Shown: positions 1 to 10,509 of the stretch, in pieces
Numbering within the stretch: the first letter of the stretch is position 1
Layout of the letters: every line of letters starts with the position of its first letter
DNA from: Candidatus Omnitrophota bacterium
GTDB taxonomy: Bacteria > Omnitrophota > Gorgyraeia > Gygaellales > Profunditerraquicolaceae
Assembly: GCA_041651115.1 (NCBI GenBank)
Contig: JBAZJY010000002.1
Span: forward strand, 222,855 to 286,854
Direction of reading: 5' to 3'
DNA length: 64,000 nucleotides
Notes under the pieces: model-generated
Seen by the model: the letters and a program-made list of their open reading frames with translations, nothing else
What the model was told of the DNA's origin: nothing
Databases searched by the model: none
Translations under genes and position numbers: made by a program

Positions 1-106
1 CACAAGGGCAACATTAATGTTGAAAGCGATTTAAGCAAGGGGACAACTTTCCGGATAAATTTACCAACGGCCTAGAATATTTATAAAAGGCAGGCAAGTT
101 TTAAAG

Positions 107-2536
107 ATGACCGAATATAATTTTAAGGTAAGTGAAGAAAAATGGCAAAAATACTGGAAGGATAAAGCCGTATTTAAGGCTGATCTTTCCGGGCGGCCTA
201 AATTTTATTGCCTTGAGATGTTCCCTTATCCTTCGGGCAAGATCCATATGGGGCATGTACGTAACTATACGATTGGCGACGTTTACAGCCGTTATAAATG
301 GATGTCCGGATTTAATGTATTGCATCCGATGGGCTTTGACGCCTTTGGCCAGCCGGCAGAGAACGCGGCGATCAAAAATAACACCAAGCCTGATATCTGG
401 ACGCATAAATGCATTGAGGAAATGAAGCTGGAATTGAACAAGATGGGCTTTGCTTATGATTGGGGCAGGGAGGTTTCTACCTGCGACAGCGATTATTACA
501 AATGGAATCAGTGGATCTTCCTGAAAATGTTTGAAAAAGGCCTGGCCTATAAAAAAGCTTCCAGTGTTAATTGGTGCCCTAGTTGCGCCACCACCCTCGC
601 CAACGAGGAAGTGGTTGACGGCGGATGCTGGCGCTGCCATACGGAGGTAGAGCAGAAGGACCTTGAGCAATGGTTCCTGCGCATTACCGATTACAAAGAG
701 CGGCTATTGGATGATTTGAGCCAGCTAAAAAAATGGCCGGAAAGGGTCATTGCCATGCAAAGCAACTGGATCGGTAAAAGCCAGGGCGTGGAAATATATT
801 TTAAATTAAAAGAAGGCGGAAAAACCATCCCGGTTTTTACGACTCGCGTTGATACGATCTTCGGCGCTACTTATATCGTGCTTGCCCCGGAGCATCCGCT
901 GGTAAAGGAGATCGTCAGGGGAAAATCCGAAGAAAAAAGCGCGCTTGCCTTTATTAAAAAAGTTTCTAAGGAAAGCAAAGTTGTGCGCCAGGCATCGGAC
1001 GTGAAAAAAGAAGGCGTATTCACCGGCGCGTATGCGATAAACCCGGTTAACAGCGAGGAAGTGCCGGTATGGATCGCGGATTATGTGCTGATGGAATACG
1101 GCAGCGGAGCGATCATGGCTGTGCCGACCCACGACCAGCGCGACTTTCTTTTTGCTAAAGAACATGGTTTAGCAATGCGGATAGTGATAGAAGATGCAAG
1201 ATTCAAAAACCATGATCCGAAGGATATGCAGGAAGCGTATGAGGGTGAGGGGGCCTTGGTAAATTCAGACAAATTCAACGGCATTCCGAATGAAGAAGCA
1301 AAGGCCGAGATCGCCGTATGGATGGAAAAAGAAGGGATTGGCAAAATTCAGACGCATTTCCGGCTGCGCGACTGGCTGGTTTCCCGCCAACGCTACTGGG
1401 GTACGCCTATCCCGGTGGTCTACTGCGAAAAATGCGGAGTTGTGGCTGTGCCGTATGAGGACTTGCCGGTTAAGCTTCCTGAGGATGCGCCGTTTACCGG
1501 CGAAGGCGGCAGCCCGCTGGCAAAAGTAAAAGAATTCGTGAATGTTAAGTGCCCGAAATGTAAAGGCAATGCCCGCCGGGAAACTGATACTATGGCCACG
1601 TTCTTTGATTCTTCCTGGTATTTCTTAAGGTATTGTTCGCCCCGTAATGACGTGGAACCTTTTGACAAAAAAGAGGCGAAATACTGGATGCCGGTTGACC
1701 AGTATATCGGCGGTATTGAGCACGCGGTGCTGCATCTTTTGTATTCGCGGTTTTTTACCAAATTTTTCAAAGATATTGGGTATGGGGAATTTTCCGCCGC
1801 AGGCGGATCCGCCTCCGGCGGAGACGAGCCGTTTATCAGCCTGCTTACGCAGGGCATGGTTTTAAAGGACGGAGAGGTAATGTCAAAATCCAAGGGTAAT
1901 ATCGTTGATCCGGATTCGATCATCGGTAAATACGGTGCAGATACCCTGCGGGTATTCATACTTTTTGCCGCGCCTCCTGAAACCGAACTGGAATGGGATG
2001 ACCGCGGTATTGAAGGCGCCCATAAATTCTTGAACCGCGTCTGGCGTATCGCGGATAACCTGAAAGAAAAAGCCGACCCTGCCTTAGTCCGGGCGATGCA
2101 CCGTTCGATCAAGCGGATTACGGAAGATATCGCCGGCTTTAAGTTTAATACTGCCATCGCCGCGATGATGGAATTCGTCAATGCGATATACCAGTCCGGA
2201 GCGGACAAGGAGGTTTTTTCCAATCTGTTGACCATGCTTGCGCCGATCGCCCCGCATTTTTGCGAAGAGCTCTGGCAGTCGCTGGGCAATAATGAAAGCA
2301 TCTTTAAGGCCAAGTGGCCGGCGTATGACCCGAAGATGCTTATTGATGAAAATGTGACGATCGTGGTGCAGGTAAACGGCAAAGTGCGCTTTAAGGTGGA
2401 AGTAGCGGCTGATATTGCGGAAGGCACGCTTAAAGAAATGGTCTTGTCCGATGAACGGCTTAAGCCGTGGCTGGGAGGCAAGCCGGTGAAGAATTTTATC
2501 CTCGTTCCAAAAAAACTCGCCAGTATCGTAGTCTAA
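107..2536 (+). CDS. leuS: Leucyl-tRNA synthetase
   Basis: 809 aa. Class I HIGH region is present ([24 protein letters not shown]). KMSKS-like motif VMSKSKGN and the LeuRS editing/anticodon-binding architecture are present. Confidence 0.97.
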   Translation: MTEYNFKVSEEKWQKYWKDKAVFKADLSGRPKFYCLEMFPYPSGKIHMGHVRNYTIGDVYSRYKWMSGFNVLHPMGFDAFGQPAENAAIKNNTKPDIWTHKCIEEMKLELNKMGFAYDWGREVSTCDSDYYKWNQWIFLKMFEKGLAYKKASSVNWCPSCATTLANEEVVDGGCWRCHTEVEQKDLEQWFLRITDYKERLLDDLSQLKKWPERVIAMQSNWIGKSQGVEIYFKLKEGGKTIPVFTTRVDTIFGATYIVLAPEHPLVKEIVRGKSEEKSALAFIKKVSKESKVVRQASDVKKEGVFTGAYAINPVNSEEVPVWIADYVLMEYGSGAIMAVPTHDQRDFLFAKEHGLAMRIVIEDARFKNHDPKDMQEAYEGEGALVNSDKFNGIPNEEAKAEIAVWMEKEGIGKIQTHFRLRDWLVSRQRYWGTPIPVVYCEKCGVVAVPYEDLPVKLPEDAPFTGEGGSPLAKVKEFVNVKCPKCKGNARRETDTMATFFDSSWYFLRYCSPRNDVEPFDKKEAKYWMPVDQYIGGIEHAVLHLLYSRFFTKFFKDIGYGEFSAAGGSASGGDEPFISLLTQGMVLKDGEVMSKSKGNIVDPDSIIGKYGADTLRVFILFAAPPETELEWDDRGIEGAHKFLNRVWRIADNLKEKADPALVRAMHRSIKRITEDIAGFKFNTAIAAMMEFVNAIYQSGADKEVFSNLLTMLAPIAPHFCEELWQSLGNNESIFKAKWPAYDPKMLIDENVTIVVQVNGKVRFKVEVAADIAEGTLKEMVLSDERLKPWLGGKPVKNFILVPKKLASIVV

Positions 2537-2539
2537 TTA

Positions 2540-2917
2540 TTATTCCCCGATAATATCTTTAATAATGTAGAAGAGCCGCTGGTAGTCAATCGGTTTTTCC
2601 ACATAATCGGCGATCCCGCTGTGGGCGGCAATATGTTTGTCAATATCTTCCCGCTTTAATGAAATGGCAATAATCGGTATATATTTAGCCTCTGGCAAGG
2701 CCCTGATCTCTTGCGCGATCTTAAAACCGCTCTGGCCGGGCAGGACAAGGTCAAGGAGGAGAAGGTCGGGCTTAAGGTTCTTTATTTTTTCGATGCCTGA
2801 TGGGCCGTCTGATGCAAAGAAGACAGAATAGCCTTTTGGTTCAAGCATATCCTTGATCTCCCGGATGTTGTTCGGGTCATCGTCGATTATTATGATCCGC
2901 TTCTTATCTGCGCCCAT
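2540..2917 (-). CDS. Single-domain response regulator (CheY-like receiver)
   Basis: 125 aa with receiver-domain motifs IIIIDDD...LLLLDLVLP...IPIIAIS. No output domain. Confidence 0.8.
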   Translation of the reverse strand: MGADKKRIIIIDDDPNNIREIKDMLEPKGYSVFFASDGPSGIEKIKNLKPDLLLLDLVLPGQSGFKIAQEIRALPEAKYIPIIAISLKREDIDKHIAAHSGIADYVEKPIDYQRLFYIIKDIIGE

Positions 2918-2999
2918 ACCAATAAGTATACACCATATCCTGCGGTTTTCCAGTTAGATTTGGCGGCCTGTTTCGTCTATTAAGATATGAGGCAGAGCC

Positions 3000-3335
3000 A
3001 TGTTTAATCTGACAAAACAAGAACAAAGAGTGGCCTTATTCGTTTTCAGCATCGCGCTGGCCGGTTTAGGGACGGATTACTTTCTTAAGATCACGCGCCA
3101 GCCGCAGCTTTTGTCGTGTTTTGACAAAAATCTGGGCAAGCTTGAGCTCAACGAAGCAGACGCTTCCGGCCTGATGAAACTGCCGGGTATCGGCGAAACG
3201 CTGGCCAAGCGTATAATTGAGTATCGCATGCAGAACGCGGGTTTCCGGGAAACCGGTGAGTTAAGAAAAATCAAGGGAGTAACTGCTTCGCGGTTCGATA
3301 AATTAAAAAACCTGGTATTTGTGCGGGACTGGTAA
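3000..3335 (+). CDS. comEA: ComEA-like helix-hairpin-helix DNA-binding protein
   Basis: N-terminal TM segment followed by an HhH motif (LMKLPGIGETLAKRIIEYR...GFRETGELRKIKGV). Lies immediately upstream of comEC. Confidence 0.75.
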   Translation: MFNLTKQEQRVALFVFSIALAGLGTDYFLKITRQPQLLSCFDKNLGKLELNEADASGLMKLPGIGETLAKRIIEYRMQNAGFRETGELRKIKGVTASRFDKLKNLVFVRDW

Positions 3336-3337
3336 AA

Positions 3338-4726
3338 ATGAAAAGCCCTCTATGGGCCATGGCCCTGTTGTTTTGCCTGGGGGTCATTATCGCCGATTGG
3401 TTGCGTACCCCTTTTTTATATAGCTATTGCCTTGCGGCGCTATTGCTGGTTTTCAGCCTGCTGTTTTTTCGAAATACGCGCTTATCCGGCGCAATTACGT
3501 TCGGCCTGGCTTTTCTGCTGGGAATGGCTGCGCTCTCCGGTTCAGACAAAAAAGCCGCGGATTGCGTTGAAAAGTATCTTTATAAAGGCAGCGGCCCGCA
3601 TATTGCCCGAGGGGTAATATTAAATAACCCTTTAGTAACGGACGGCAAGACTACCTTTCTATTCCGTTTAAAAGAAATCGAATCCAATAGCCTGAAACAT
3701 TCCTGCAGCGGAGACATTCTAGTGGCCGCGGCATATGCGGACAGCCTGAATTACGGCGAAGAGCTGATCCTGGCCGGTAATATTTTTCGCAGCCGTTTCT
3801 GCGCGGAAGGCGCAAGCGCTATGATGCGCGTAAGGGCTCCGGTACAAGTTATAAAACTGGGCGGCAACAAAGGCCTAAAGATAAGGGCCCTGGCATTTTG
3901 GCTGAAAAAGAGGCTTACGAGGTTGATCTCCGAATACTTTAGCGCCATACCGGCGGGAGTGGTGGAGGCAATGGTATTGGGCGAAAAAAGAAATATCCCC
4001 CGGCCGATATATGATTCAATGATTAAATCCGGGACCGTGCATATCCTGGTGGTGAGCGGATTTAATACCGGCATTATTGCCGGGATAATCGTCCTGCTTT
4101 TAAAGGTCCTGCGGCTGCCGCGGCGCGTGCGCATCATCGCTGCCGGTTTCTTGTTGGTTATTTATTGTTTTATGGCCGGCGCATCTACTCCGGTTGTGCG
4201 CGCGACAGTAATGTCGTTGGTATTCATGTCGGCGTATTTCTTTAAACGGGACCCGGATATTTACAATTCTTTGGCGCTGGCGGCAATTTTTATCCTCGCG
4301 CTTAACCCGCGGCAGTTATTTAACATCGGTTTTCAGCTCTCTTTTATCAGCGTGTTTTCCATAGCCTGTTTTTACCCGCGCCTAAGCGCATTTTTGCGCA
4401 CGGAGGCGTTAAAAATCAGGCTGTTCAAGCTGGCAATAGAGGCGATGCTGGTTTCTTTTTCTGCGTGGCTGGGTACAGCCGGGATTATCGCTTACTATTT
4501 CAAGATTTTCAGCCCGGTGACCGTATTTGCCAATTTATTTATTGTGCCGTTGTCGTCCCTGGTCACTTTATGCGGCTTTAGCACGCTGATCGCCGCGAGC
4601 CTTTGTCCGGCAGCCGCCAGGCTATTCAGCATTACTACGGAATTGCTAGTGATGTTATTGCTTAGCATAAACAGCTGGCTGGTTAAGCTGCCTGCCGCGT
4701 ATTTTTACCTGCCGGGAAGAAGTTGA
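3338..4726 (+). CDS. comEC: ComEC/Rec2 competence channel protein (core domain only, no C-terminal metallo-beta-lactamase domain)
   Basis: 462 aa polytopic membrane protein with a ComEC-like N-terminal and 'Competence' region. Adjacent to comEA. Confidence 0.7.
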   Translation: MKSPLWAMALLFCLGVIIADWLRTPFLYSYCLAALLLVFSLLFFRNTRLSGAITFGLAFLLGMAALSGSDKKAADCVEKYLYKGSGPHIARGVILNNPLVTDGKTTFLFRLKEIESNSLKHSCSGDILVAAAYADSLNYGEELILAGNIFRSRFCAEGASAMMRVRAPVQVIKLGGNKGLKIRALAFWLKKRLTRLISEYFSAIPAGVVEAMVLGEKRNIPRPIYDSMIKSGTVHILVVSGFNTGIIAGIIVLLLKVLRLPRRVRIIAAGFLLVIYCFMAGASTPVVRATVMSLVFMSAYFFKRDPDIYNSLALAAIFILALNPRQLFNIGFQLSFISVFSIACFYPRLSAFLRTEALKIRLFKLAIEAMLVSFSAWLGTAGIIAYYFKIFSPVTVFANLFIVPLSSLVTLCGFSTLIAASLCPAAARLFSITTELLVMLLLSINSWLVKLPAAYFYLPGRS

Positions 4727-4771
4727 TACTACAATTGACAAAAGCCGGCATCTATGTTAAATTGTCATATT

Positions 4772-5725
4772 ATGAAACGCACAATTCTTCTCGCGGTGTT
4801 TATCTCCCTATGGCTTGCGGTAAGCCCGGCATATCCCTATTGGATCTGGACCCCTAAGACAGGTAAGTGGATCAACCCCAAAACAGCGGTCAGGCCTTCA
4901 CCCAAAGAGCAGTTTGAATTTTCCAAGCAGCTTTATGACGCTAAAAATTATGAAGACGCAAAGCGTGAATTCAAGAAGCTGTTAAAGAGTTATCCCAAAT
5001 CTGCCGAGGCAGCAGAAGGCCAGTATTATCTGGCGCTTATTGAAGAGGGCCAGGGCCACCTGTATGAGGCGTTTAAGGCCTATCAGAAAGTGATCGATAA
5101 ATATCCTTTTTCCGGCCGGATCCAGGAGATTATTGAGCGCGAATTCAAGATCGGCGAAGCATTCATGTCCGGAGAAAAGCGTAAGGCCATGGGCCTTGAG
5201 TTGCCGGTAGAGAATCCGTCAATAGAGATATTCAACAAGGTCATTGAAAATTCCACCTACGGCCCCTTGGCAGCCAAAGCGCAGTATAAGCTGGGTTTGG
5301 TCCTGAAAGGTCTGGCCCGCTATTATGAAGCGGAAGAAGCGTTCAGTAAGGTAATTTCAAATTATCCCGACAGCGAATGGGTTGACGCTTCCCAATTCCA
5401 GATCGCTTCCTGCCGTCAGGCAATGTCCCGCGGCCCGGCATACGATCAAGGCGCGTCCAAAGAAGCGCAGGAAAAATTTGAAGAATTTGTCCGGACACAC
5501 CCGGACGCTTTCCTTTCGGAAGAAGCAGAGAAAAATATTGAGCAGCTCAGGGATAAGGAAGCCGAAGGCAATTATAATATCGCCGTTTTCTATGAGAAGC
5601 AAAAAGATTATAACTCGGCGAGGATCTATTACGAAGACTTAATCAACAATAACCCTAACAGCAAATGGGCGGCTAAGGCAGCGGATAAGCTGCAGGTGCT
5701 GGAGAAGAAAAATGGGAAAAAATAA
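4772..5725 (+). CDS. TPR-repeat envelope protein, BamD/YbgF-like
   Basis: Signal peptide then TPR-like repeats (YEDAKREFKKLLKSYPKSAEAAEGQYYLALI...). No lipobox cysteine, so not a canonical BamD. The longer ORF begins at 4754. Confidence 0.45.
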   Translation: MKRTILLAVFISLWLAVSPAYPYWIWTPKTGKWINPKTAVRPSPKEQFEFSKQLYDAKNYEDAKREFKKLLKSYPKSAEAAEGQYYLALIEEGQGHLYEAFKAYQKVIDKYPFSGRIQEIIEREFKIGEAFMSGEKRKAMGLELPVENPSIEIFNKVIENSTYGPLAAKAQYKLGLVLKGLARYYEAEEAFSKVISNYPDSEWVDASQFQIASCRQAMSRGPAYDQGASKEAQEKFEEFVRTHPDAFLSEEAEKNIEQLRDKEAEGNYNIAVFYEKQKDYNSARIYYEDLINNNPNSKWAAKAADKLQVLEKKNGKK

Positions 5726-6266
5726 GCGTCAGGTCATACTGTTTTCCGTCTTTTGCTTTTTGTTTTCTGTCTTATCCGGCTGCGGTTATACCACCCGTTC
5801 GATGATTTCCACTAAATACCGTAAGATCTACGTGACCCCGTTCGTCAATAAAATAGACTTTACGCAGGAAAACGCGGTGGCGAACAGATATAAGGTATAC
5901 CGGCCGATGCTTGAACGCGAAGTGACCAAGGCAGTAGTGGATAAATATATATTTGACGGTAACTTACGACCCGTAGAAGAAGAGGCCGCGGACCTGGTAT
6001 TAGAGGGTGAATTGATCGATTTCCGGCGCGATCCCGTGCGCTACACGGAAGACGACGACATAGAGGAATATCGCCTTAATATCATAGTCAATATCAAGCT
6101 TATAGACAGAAAAACGGAAGAGCTGGTCTGGCAAGAGAACGGGTTTATCGGAGAGACGACGTATTTCACCATGGGCGCGCAAATAAAATCGGAAGACGTT
6201 GCCGTCAATGACGCGATAAAAGACCTTGCCCGCAGGATTGTTGAACGCACCGTGGAACAATGGTAA
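5712..6266 (+). CDS. lptE: LptE-like LPS-assembly lipoprotein
   Basis: 184 aa with lipoprotein signal and lipobox LSGC. The conserved leuS...lptE-holA synteny supports the call. Confidence 0.5.
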   Translation: MGKNKRQVILFSVFCFLFSVLSGCGYTTRSMISTKYRKIYVTPFVNKIDFTQENAVANRYKVYRPMLEREVTKAVVDKYIFDGNLRPVEEEAADLVLEGELIDFRRDPVRYTEDDDIEEYRLNIIVNIKLIDRKTEELVWQENGFIGETTYFTMGAQIKSEDVAVNDAIKDLARRIVERTVEQW

Positions 6267-6911
6267 ATGGTTTATCTGTTTATCGGAGACGACCCCCTTT
6301 CCAAAGACGCAAGACTCAATAAGATCAAAGAAGACCTCCTGCCTGTTGCTACGCGTGATTTCAATCTTGATCTAATGTACGGCCGGCAAACTTCGCTGCG
6401 CAGCCTTCAGGAAAAAATACTCACCCTGCCGGTCAAGGCAAAGGCAAGGATCATCGTTATCAAGGACGGTCAGCAATTAAAAGAAGACGTCCGCGAATTC
6501 ATCCTTGAATATGCCCGGCAAAAAACCCCTTCGGTAGTCCTCATAATTGATATCGTTCAGGCGGACCGCAAAGACGAATTCGTAAAAACTCTCAGCCGGT
6601 ATGCCGAAGCAGTCCGTTTTAAGGATGTTGTCAAGGCGGATACGTTTACGCTTTCGCGGCAGATCGAAATAAGGAGAATGGACCAGGCGCTAAGGGTCCT
6701 TAATCAGCTCCTGGAGGACGGCGAAAAGCCGGAGCGCATCATCGGCGGCTTGCGTTACGCGTGGGAAAGAGGCGATATTTATTCGTTGCAGGCAAAGAAA
6801 AAGCTGAAGGCGCTGGTTAATTGCGATATAGACATCAAGACCGGGAAATTGAGGCCGGATTTTGCGCTGGAAAAACTGGTGATCAGGTTATGCAGCCTTG
6901 GCAGGCCTTAG
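6267..6911 (+). CDS. holA: DNA polymerase III delta subunit, compact form
   Basis: N-terminal YLFIGDD...delta-like motif and a C-terminal delta domain-III-like segment (DIDIKTGKLRPDFALEKLVIRL). Only 214 aa against roughly 330 aa typical. Sits next to lptE as in the leuS-lptE-holA operon. Confidence 0.55.
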   Translation: MVYLFIGDDPLSKDARLNKIKEDLLPVATRDFNLDLMYGRQTSLRSLQEKILTLPVKAKARIIVIKDGQQLKEDVREFILEYARQKTPSVVLIIDIVQADRKDEFVKTLSRYAEAVRFKDVVKADTFTLSRQIEIRRMDQALRVLNQLLEDGEKPERIIGGLRYAWERGDIYSLQAKKKLKALVNCDIDIKTGKLRPDFALEKLVIRLCSLGRP

Positions 6912-7157
6912 CTGTTTGCTTAAGCGGGATTTTCTGCGGCTGGCCAGCCGGGAATGAATAACCTTTTTCTTAGCGGCCTTATCCAGCTGTGAAAACGCTT
7001 TTACGAGCAGCTTTTTGGCTTCTTCAAGATTCTTGGCGGAAATCAGCGCTTGGAATTTTTTTATCGTTTTCTTGATTTCCTGCCGTATTTTTAGATTTCT
7101 CGCGTGCTTTTTTTTCGATAAACGTGCGTGCATTACTGAACTTTTGCGTCTGGGCAT
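6888..7157 (-). CDS. rpsT: 30S ribosomal protein S20
   Basis: 89 aa basic protein with S20-like motifs KSS..HARLSKKKHARNLKIRQEIKKTIKK. GGAGA RBS upstream on the minus strand. Classic rpsT-murJ divergent neighbourhood. Confidence 0.85.
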   Translation of the reverse strand: MPRRKSSVMHARLSKKKHARNLKIRQEIKKTIKKFQALISAKNLEEAKKLLVKAFSQLDKAAKKKVIHSRLASRRKSRLSKQLRPAKAA

Positions 7158-7169
7158 ATTTTCTCCTTA

Positions 7170-7260
7170 AATGAGCACATAACTTATGGAGTCCGCAGGA
7201 CGACATAAGTTATAAGTGCGAATTAATCCCGCTGCTTTCTTACGAAAGCAAGAAGCGGGG
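7170..7260. promoter_or_regulatory. Inverted repeats in the rpsT/murJ divergent intergenic region
   Basis: CATAACTTATG...CATAAGTTATAAG inverted repeat with a 14-nt loop, and the hairpin CCCGCTGCTTTCTTacgaaagCAAGAAGCGGGG. Located in the rpsT 5' UTR/promoter region. Confidence 0.35.
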
Positions 7261-7307
7261 TAATTTTGATCCAATTGTGGCATTACTTATAACATATTTA
7301 GCCGCCG

Positions 7308-8864
7308 ATGTCAACAGACAAATTCGCTTATAGCCACCGTTCTGTAGCCAGATCCGCGGGGATAATCGGCCTTGCCACGCTTTGTTCCCGCATTTTGGGC
7401 CTGTTCCGGGATATAGTCATTGCCCGCCTCTTCGGGGTCTATTTATACGCGCAGGCATTTGTTATTGCTTTTAAGATCCCGAATTTGTTCCGTGACCTGC
7501 TGGGTGAAGGCGCGGCAAATGCCGCGATCGTGCCGGTCTTTAGCGAATACAGCGTAAAATCCGATCAAAAAGAATTCTGGCAGCTGGCCAACGTCATACT
7601 CAATCTGCTTTTGGCCGCGCTTACGCTGGTCACGCTGTTGGGCGTGTTATTCGCGCCTTTTATCGTGCGCATGATCGCTCCGGGTTTTAGCGCTGATCCC
7701 GGAAAGCTTGCGGCGACAGTAACGCTCACGCGTATAATCTTCCCGTATGTCCTGTTGATCTGCCTGGCTGCTTATGCCACAGCTATCCTGAATACGCTCA
7801 AACATTTTAGTGTGCCGGCATTCGCGCCCTGCCTGCTTAATATTTCAATAATTGCCTGCGCGATGATCTTCGGAGAGAGCATAACCGGCCTGGCTTCCGG
7901 AGTTTTAGCCGGAGGCCTGTTGCAGCTGGCGATCCAGGTGCCGGTTCTTTACAAAAAAGGTTTCCGGCTTGACCATTTCTTAAGGCGCTTCAGCCATCCG
8001 GCGGCAAAAACCATCCGCAGGCTGATGCTGCCGCGGCTGTTCAGTTCCTGCATTTATCAGTTGAATAACTTTGTGGATTCTATCTTTGGTTCTCTGGCGA
8101 TAGTCGTGGGTGAGGGCGGGGTTGCCGGGCTTTATTTTGCCTACCGGCTGATCCAGTTTCCCGTGGGTATTTTCAGCAACGCGCTTTCGCAGGCGATCCT
8201 GCCGGAATTTTCCCGGCAAGCGCTGGAAGATTCCGGCGAACGAATAAAACATACGCTTTCTTTCGGCCTGCGCTTGACTTTTTTCGTTATGCTTCCGGCA
8301 TCCGCGGGGTTCATGGTGCTGGCGCGTCCGCTGGTTTCGTTTTTATTCGGAGGAGGCAGGTTTGACGACTATTCCGCCGCAACCACTGCCAATGTCCTGT
8401 TTTTTTACAGCATCGGCCTGGTTGCCTACGGCGCAATAAAAATCATTCAATCCTGTTTTTTCGCGCTTAAGGATACAGTGACCCCGGCGAAAGTTTCCGC
8501 CCTGGCTTTATGCCTTAATGTCTTCTTTAACGGTATTTTAATATTCCCGATGAAACTGGCAGGAGTTGCCCTGGCTAATTCGCTTTCCGGGATAATCTCA
8601 TTTCTGGTTTTATTTTTTATGTTGAAGCGCAAACTTAAATTATTTGAGGCCGGGCCTGTAGTCATTTCTTTTCTGAAGATACTGGCGGCAAGCTTATTAA
8701 TGGCTGCGGTATGTTACTTTATCCGCGACAGGCTTCCGAACCTGATTTTGATCATTGTGACAAGTATTGTTTCTTATGCGGCATTTTGTTTTATACTGGG
8801 CGTAAAGGAAATACGCCAAGCATGGGAATGGATAATGTCAAGGAGGTTAAAAGAAGCGCAATGA
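7308..8864 (+). CDS. murJ: Lipid II flippase MurJ (MviN)
   Basis: 518 aa polytopic protein. N-terminal signature GLFRDIVIARLFG...AFKIPNLFRDLLGEGAANAAIVPVFSEY. Confidence 0.9.
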   Translation: MSTDKFAYSHRSVARSAGIIGLATLCSRILGLFRDIVIARLFGVYLYAQAFVIAFKIPNLFRDLLGEGAANAAIVPVFSEYSVKSDQKEFWQLANVILNLLLAALTLVTLLGVLFAPFIVRMIAPGFSADPGKLAATVTLTRIIFPYVLLICLAAYATAILNTLKHFSVPAFAPCLLNISIIACAMIFGESITGLASGVLAGGLLQLAIQVPVLYKKGFRLDHFLRRFSHPAAKTIRRLMLPRLFSSCIYQLNNFVDSIFGSLAIVVGEGGVAGLYFAYRLIQFPVGIFSNALSQAILPEFSRQALEDSGERIKHTLSFGLRLTFFVMLPASAGFMVLARPLVSFLFGGGRFDDYSAATTANVLFFYSIGLVAYGAIKIIQSCFFALKDTVTPAKVSALALCLNVFFNGILIFPMKLAGVALANSLSGIISFLVLFFMLKRKLKLFEAGPVVISFLKILAASLLMAAVCYFIRDRLPNLILIIVTSIVSYAAFCFILGVKEIRQAWEWIMSRRLKEAQ

Positions 8865-9262
8865 AAGCAGTATTTATCGCGGCGTTACTATCGCTGGTTT
8901 TATCCGGAAATTCATTTGCCGGGAATTCGCTCTATATCAATAATAATGAGCAGGCAGAATATAAGATCATTAATTTAAGCGCGGAAGATATTAAGAATCT
9001 TGCCGTAAAGGATGACCCTGTGCTGATCTTTAAAAAGAAAAGCGAAACGCTGAAAATGGTCTCCGGCGGAGATCTGCTGGTTGCCGGCGCCTGCAGGGAG
9101 ATCCCTAACGGTTTTATCCGGAAAGTCATCAGCGTAAAAGAAGACGGCAGCAGGATAGTGATAGAAACCATTGAGGCTGGATTTGAGGATATGCTTCGGG
9201 GCAAGGTTGCAGTTGTCGATATGGCCGCGGAAAACAAGTCCGCCGCGGATAAAAAGAGATAA
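8861..9262 (+). CDS. Secreted hypothetical protein
   Basis: Signal peptide MKAVFIAALLSLVLSGNSFA. ATGA overlap with the murJ stop. No recognisable domain. Confidence 0.45.
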   Translation: MKAVFIAALLSLVLSGNSFAGNSLYINNNEQAEYKIINLSAEDIKNLAVKDDPVLIFKKKSETLKMVSGGDLLVAGACREIPNGFIRKVISVKEDGSRIVIETIEAGFEDMLRGKVAVVDMAAENKSAADKKR

Positions 9263-9264
9263 TC

Positions 9265-10509
9265 GTGGAATATAAACTTAAGAAGAAAATTACCGGCCTG
9301 CCCGATGCAGCCGGCGTATATAAATTCAAGGATGCTGCCGGAAAGATTATTTATATCGGTAAGGCCAAGTCGCTTAAAAAACGGGTAAGTTCATACTTTA
9401 CGCGCCTGCTTTCCGCTAAAACGCAGGCGCTGGTGGCAAAGGTCGCTGACATAGAATACGCGCTTACGCCTTCGGAGGCGCAGGCCGAGATTTTGGAAGC
9501 CAGCCTGATAAAAGAGAAGCAGCCTTATTATAACATCAGCCTAAAGGACGATAAATCATTCCCTTTAATAAAGATCAGCGATGAGGAATTCCCCGGCGTT
9601 TCCATATGTAGAAGGAAGCAGCCGCAAAAAGGGGATAAATCGTTGTACTTCGGCCCGTACACCGATGCTGCTTCCCTGCGCCAGGCATTTAAAGTTATGC
9701 GCCGGATATTTGGCTTCCGTTCCTGTAAAACAATGCCTAAACAGGCCTGCTTATACTGCCGGCTGGGCCTTTGCCCGGCGCCTTGCGTCGGCAATATCAG
9801 CTGCGCCGAATACAGAGAATTGATCAGCCAGATTAAACTTTTCCTAGGTTCAAAATATGAAGAGCTGCTGGGCCGGCTTTCCGTAAACATGAAACAGGCG
9901 GCAAAAGAAAAAAAATTTGAAGAAGCAGGCCGCATCCGCGATCAGATCAACGCGCTCAGCGTTTTTCGGCAGGCCAGCCCCATGCAAGCCGTTTTTAGCG
10001 AATTGGAAGATTTAAAGAACGCGCTTAAGCTTGAGAAACTGCCGGAAAGGATTGAAGCATTCGACATATCTAATATTTCCGGCAGGCAGGCAACCGGCTC
10101 AATGGTGAGTTTCTTCCGGGGTAAGCCCGATAAAAATAATTACCGCCGTTTCCGGATAAAAACGGAAACCGGCATCGATGATTATGCGATGTTACGGGAA
10201 GTGGTCAGCCGCCGCTATAAAAGGGTCAAGGAGGAAAATTTAAGCCTGCCCGACCTTGTGCTTATTGATGGAGGCAAAGCGCATCTTTCGGTTGCCGAAG
10301 GCGAGATCAAGAAAATCGGGCTTGATCTGGCATTGGCAAGCATTGCTAAAGAAAAAGAGAATATATACGTCCGCGGCCGGGCAATGCCGATAAGATTTAA
10401 GCATGATACGCCTGCCTTGAACCTGATCCGCCGCGTGCGCGATGAGGCGCACAGGTTTGCCGTGGCTTACCACCATATATTAAGAAGAAAGAAGGTCCTT
10501 GGAAAATGA
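9265..10509 (+). CDS. uvrC: Excinuclease ABC subunit C (lacks C-terminal (HhH)2 domain)
   Basis: GTG start. GIY-YIG domain (GVYKFKDAAGKIIYIGKAKSLKKRVSSYF), a Cys-rich region, a UVR motif (EEAGRIRDQINAL) and an RNase H-like endonuclease domain. 414 aa against roughly 600 aa typical. Confidence 0.8.
   Translation: MEYKLKKKITGLPDAAGVYKFKDAAGKIIYIGKAKSLKKRVSSYFTRLLSAKTQALVAKVADIEYALTPSEAQAEILEASLIKEKQPYYNISLKDDKSFPLIKISDEEFPGVSICRRKQPQKGDKSLYFGPYTDAASLRQAFKVMRRIFGFRSCKTMPKQACLYCRLGLCPAPCVGNISCAEYRELISQIKLFLGSKYEELLGRLSVNMKQAAKEKKFEEAGRIRDQINALSVFRQASPMQAVFSELEDLKNALKLEKLPERIEAFDISNISGRQATGSMVSFFRGKPDKNNYRRFRIKTETGIDDYAMLREVVSRRYKRVKEENLSLPDLVLIDGGKAHLSVAEGEIKKIGLDLALASIAKEKENIYVRGRAMPIRFKHDTPALNLIRRVRDEAHRFAVAYHHILRRKKVLGK

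Noticed and set aside
1420-2481. 353-aa minus-strand ORF inside leuS (also 101..670 and 806..1165 on the minus strand)
   Set aside because: Entirely antisense to a confidently identified, conserved leuS. Ser/Ala/Pro-rich low-complexity translation with no motifs. Treated as a spurious shadow ORF.
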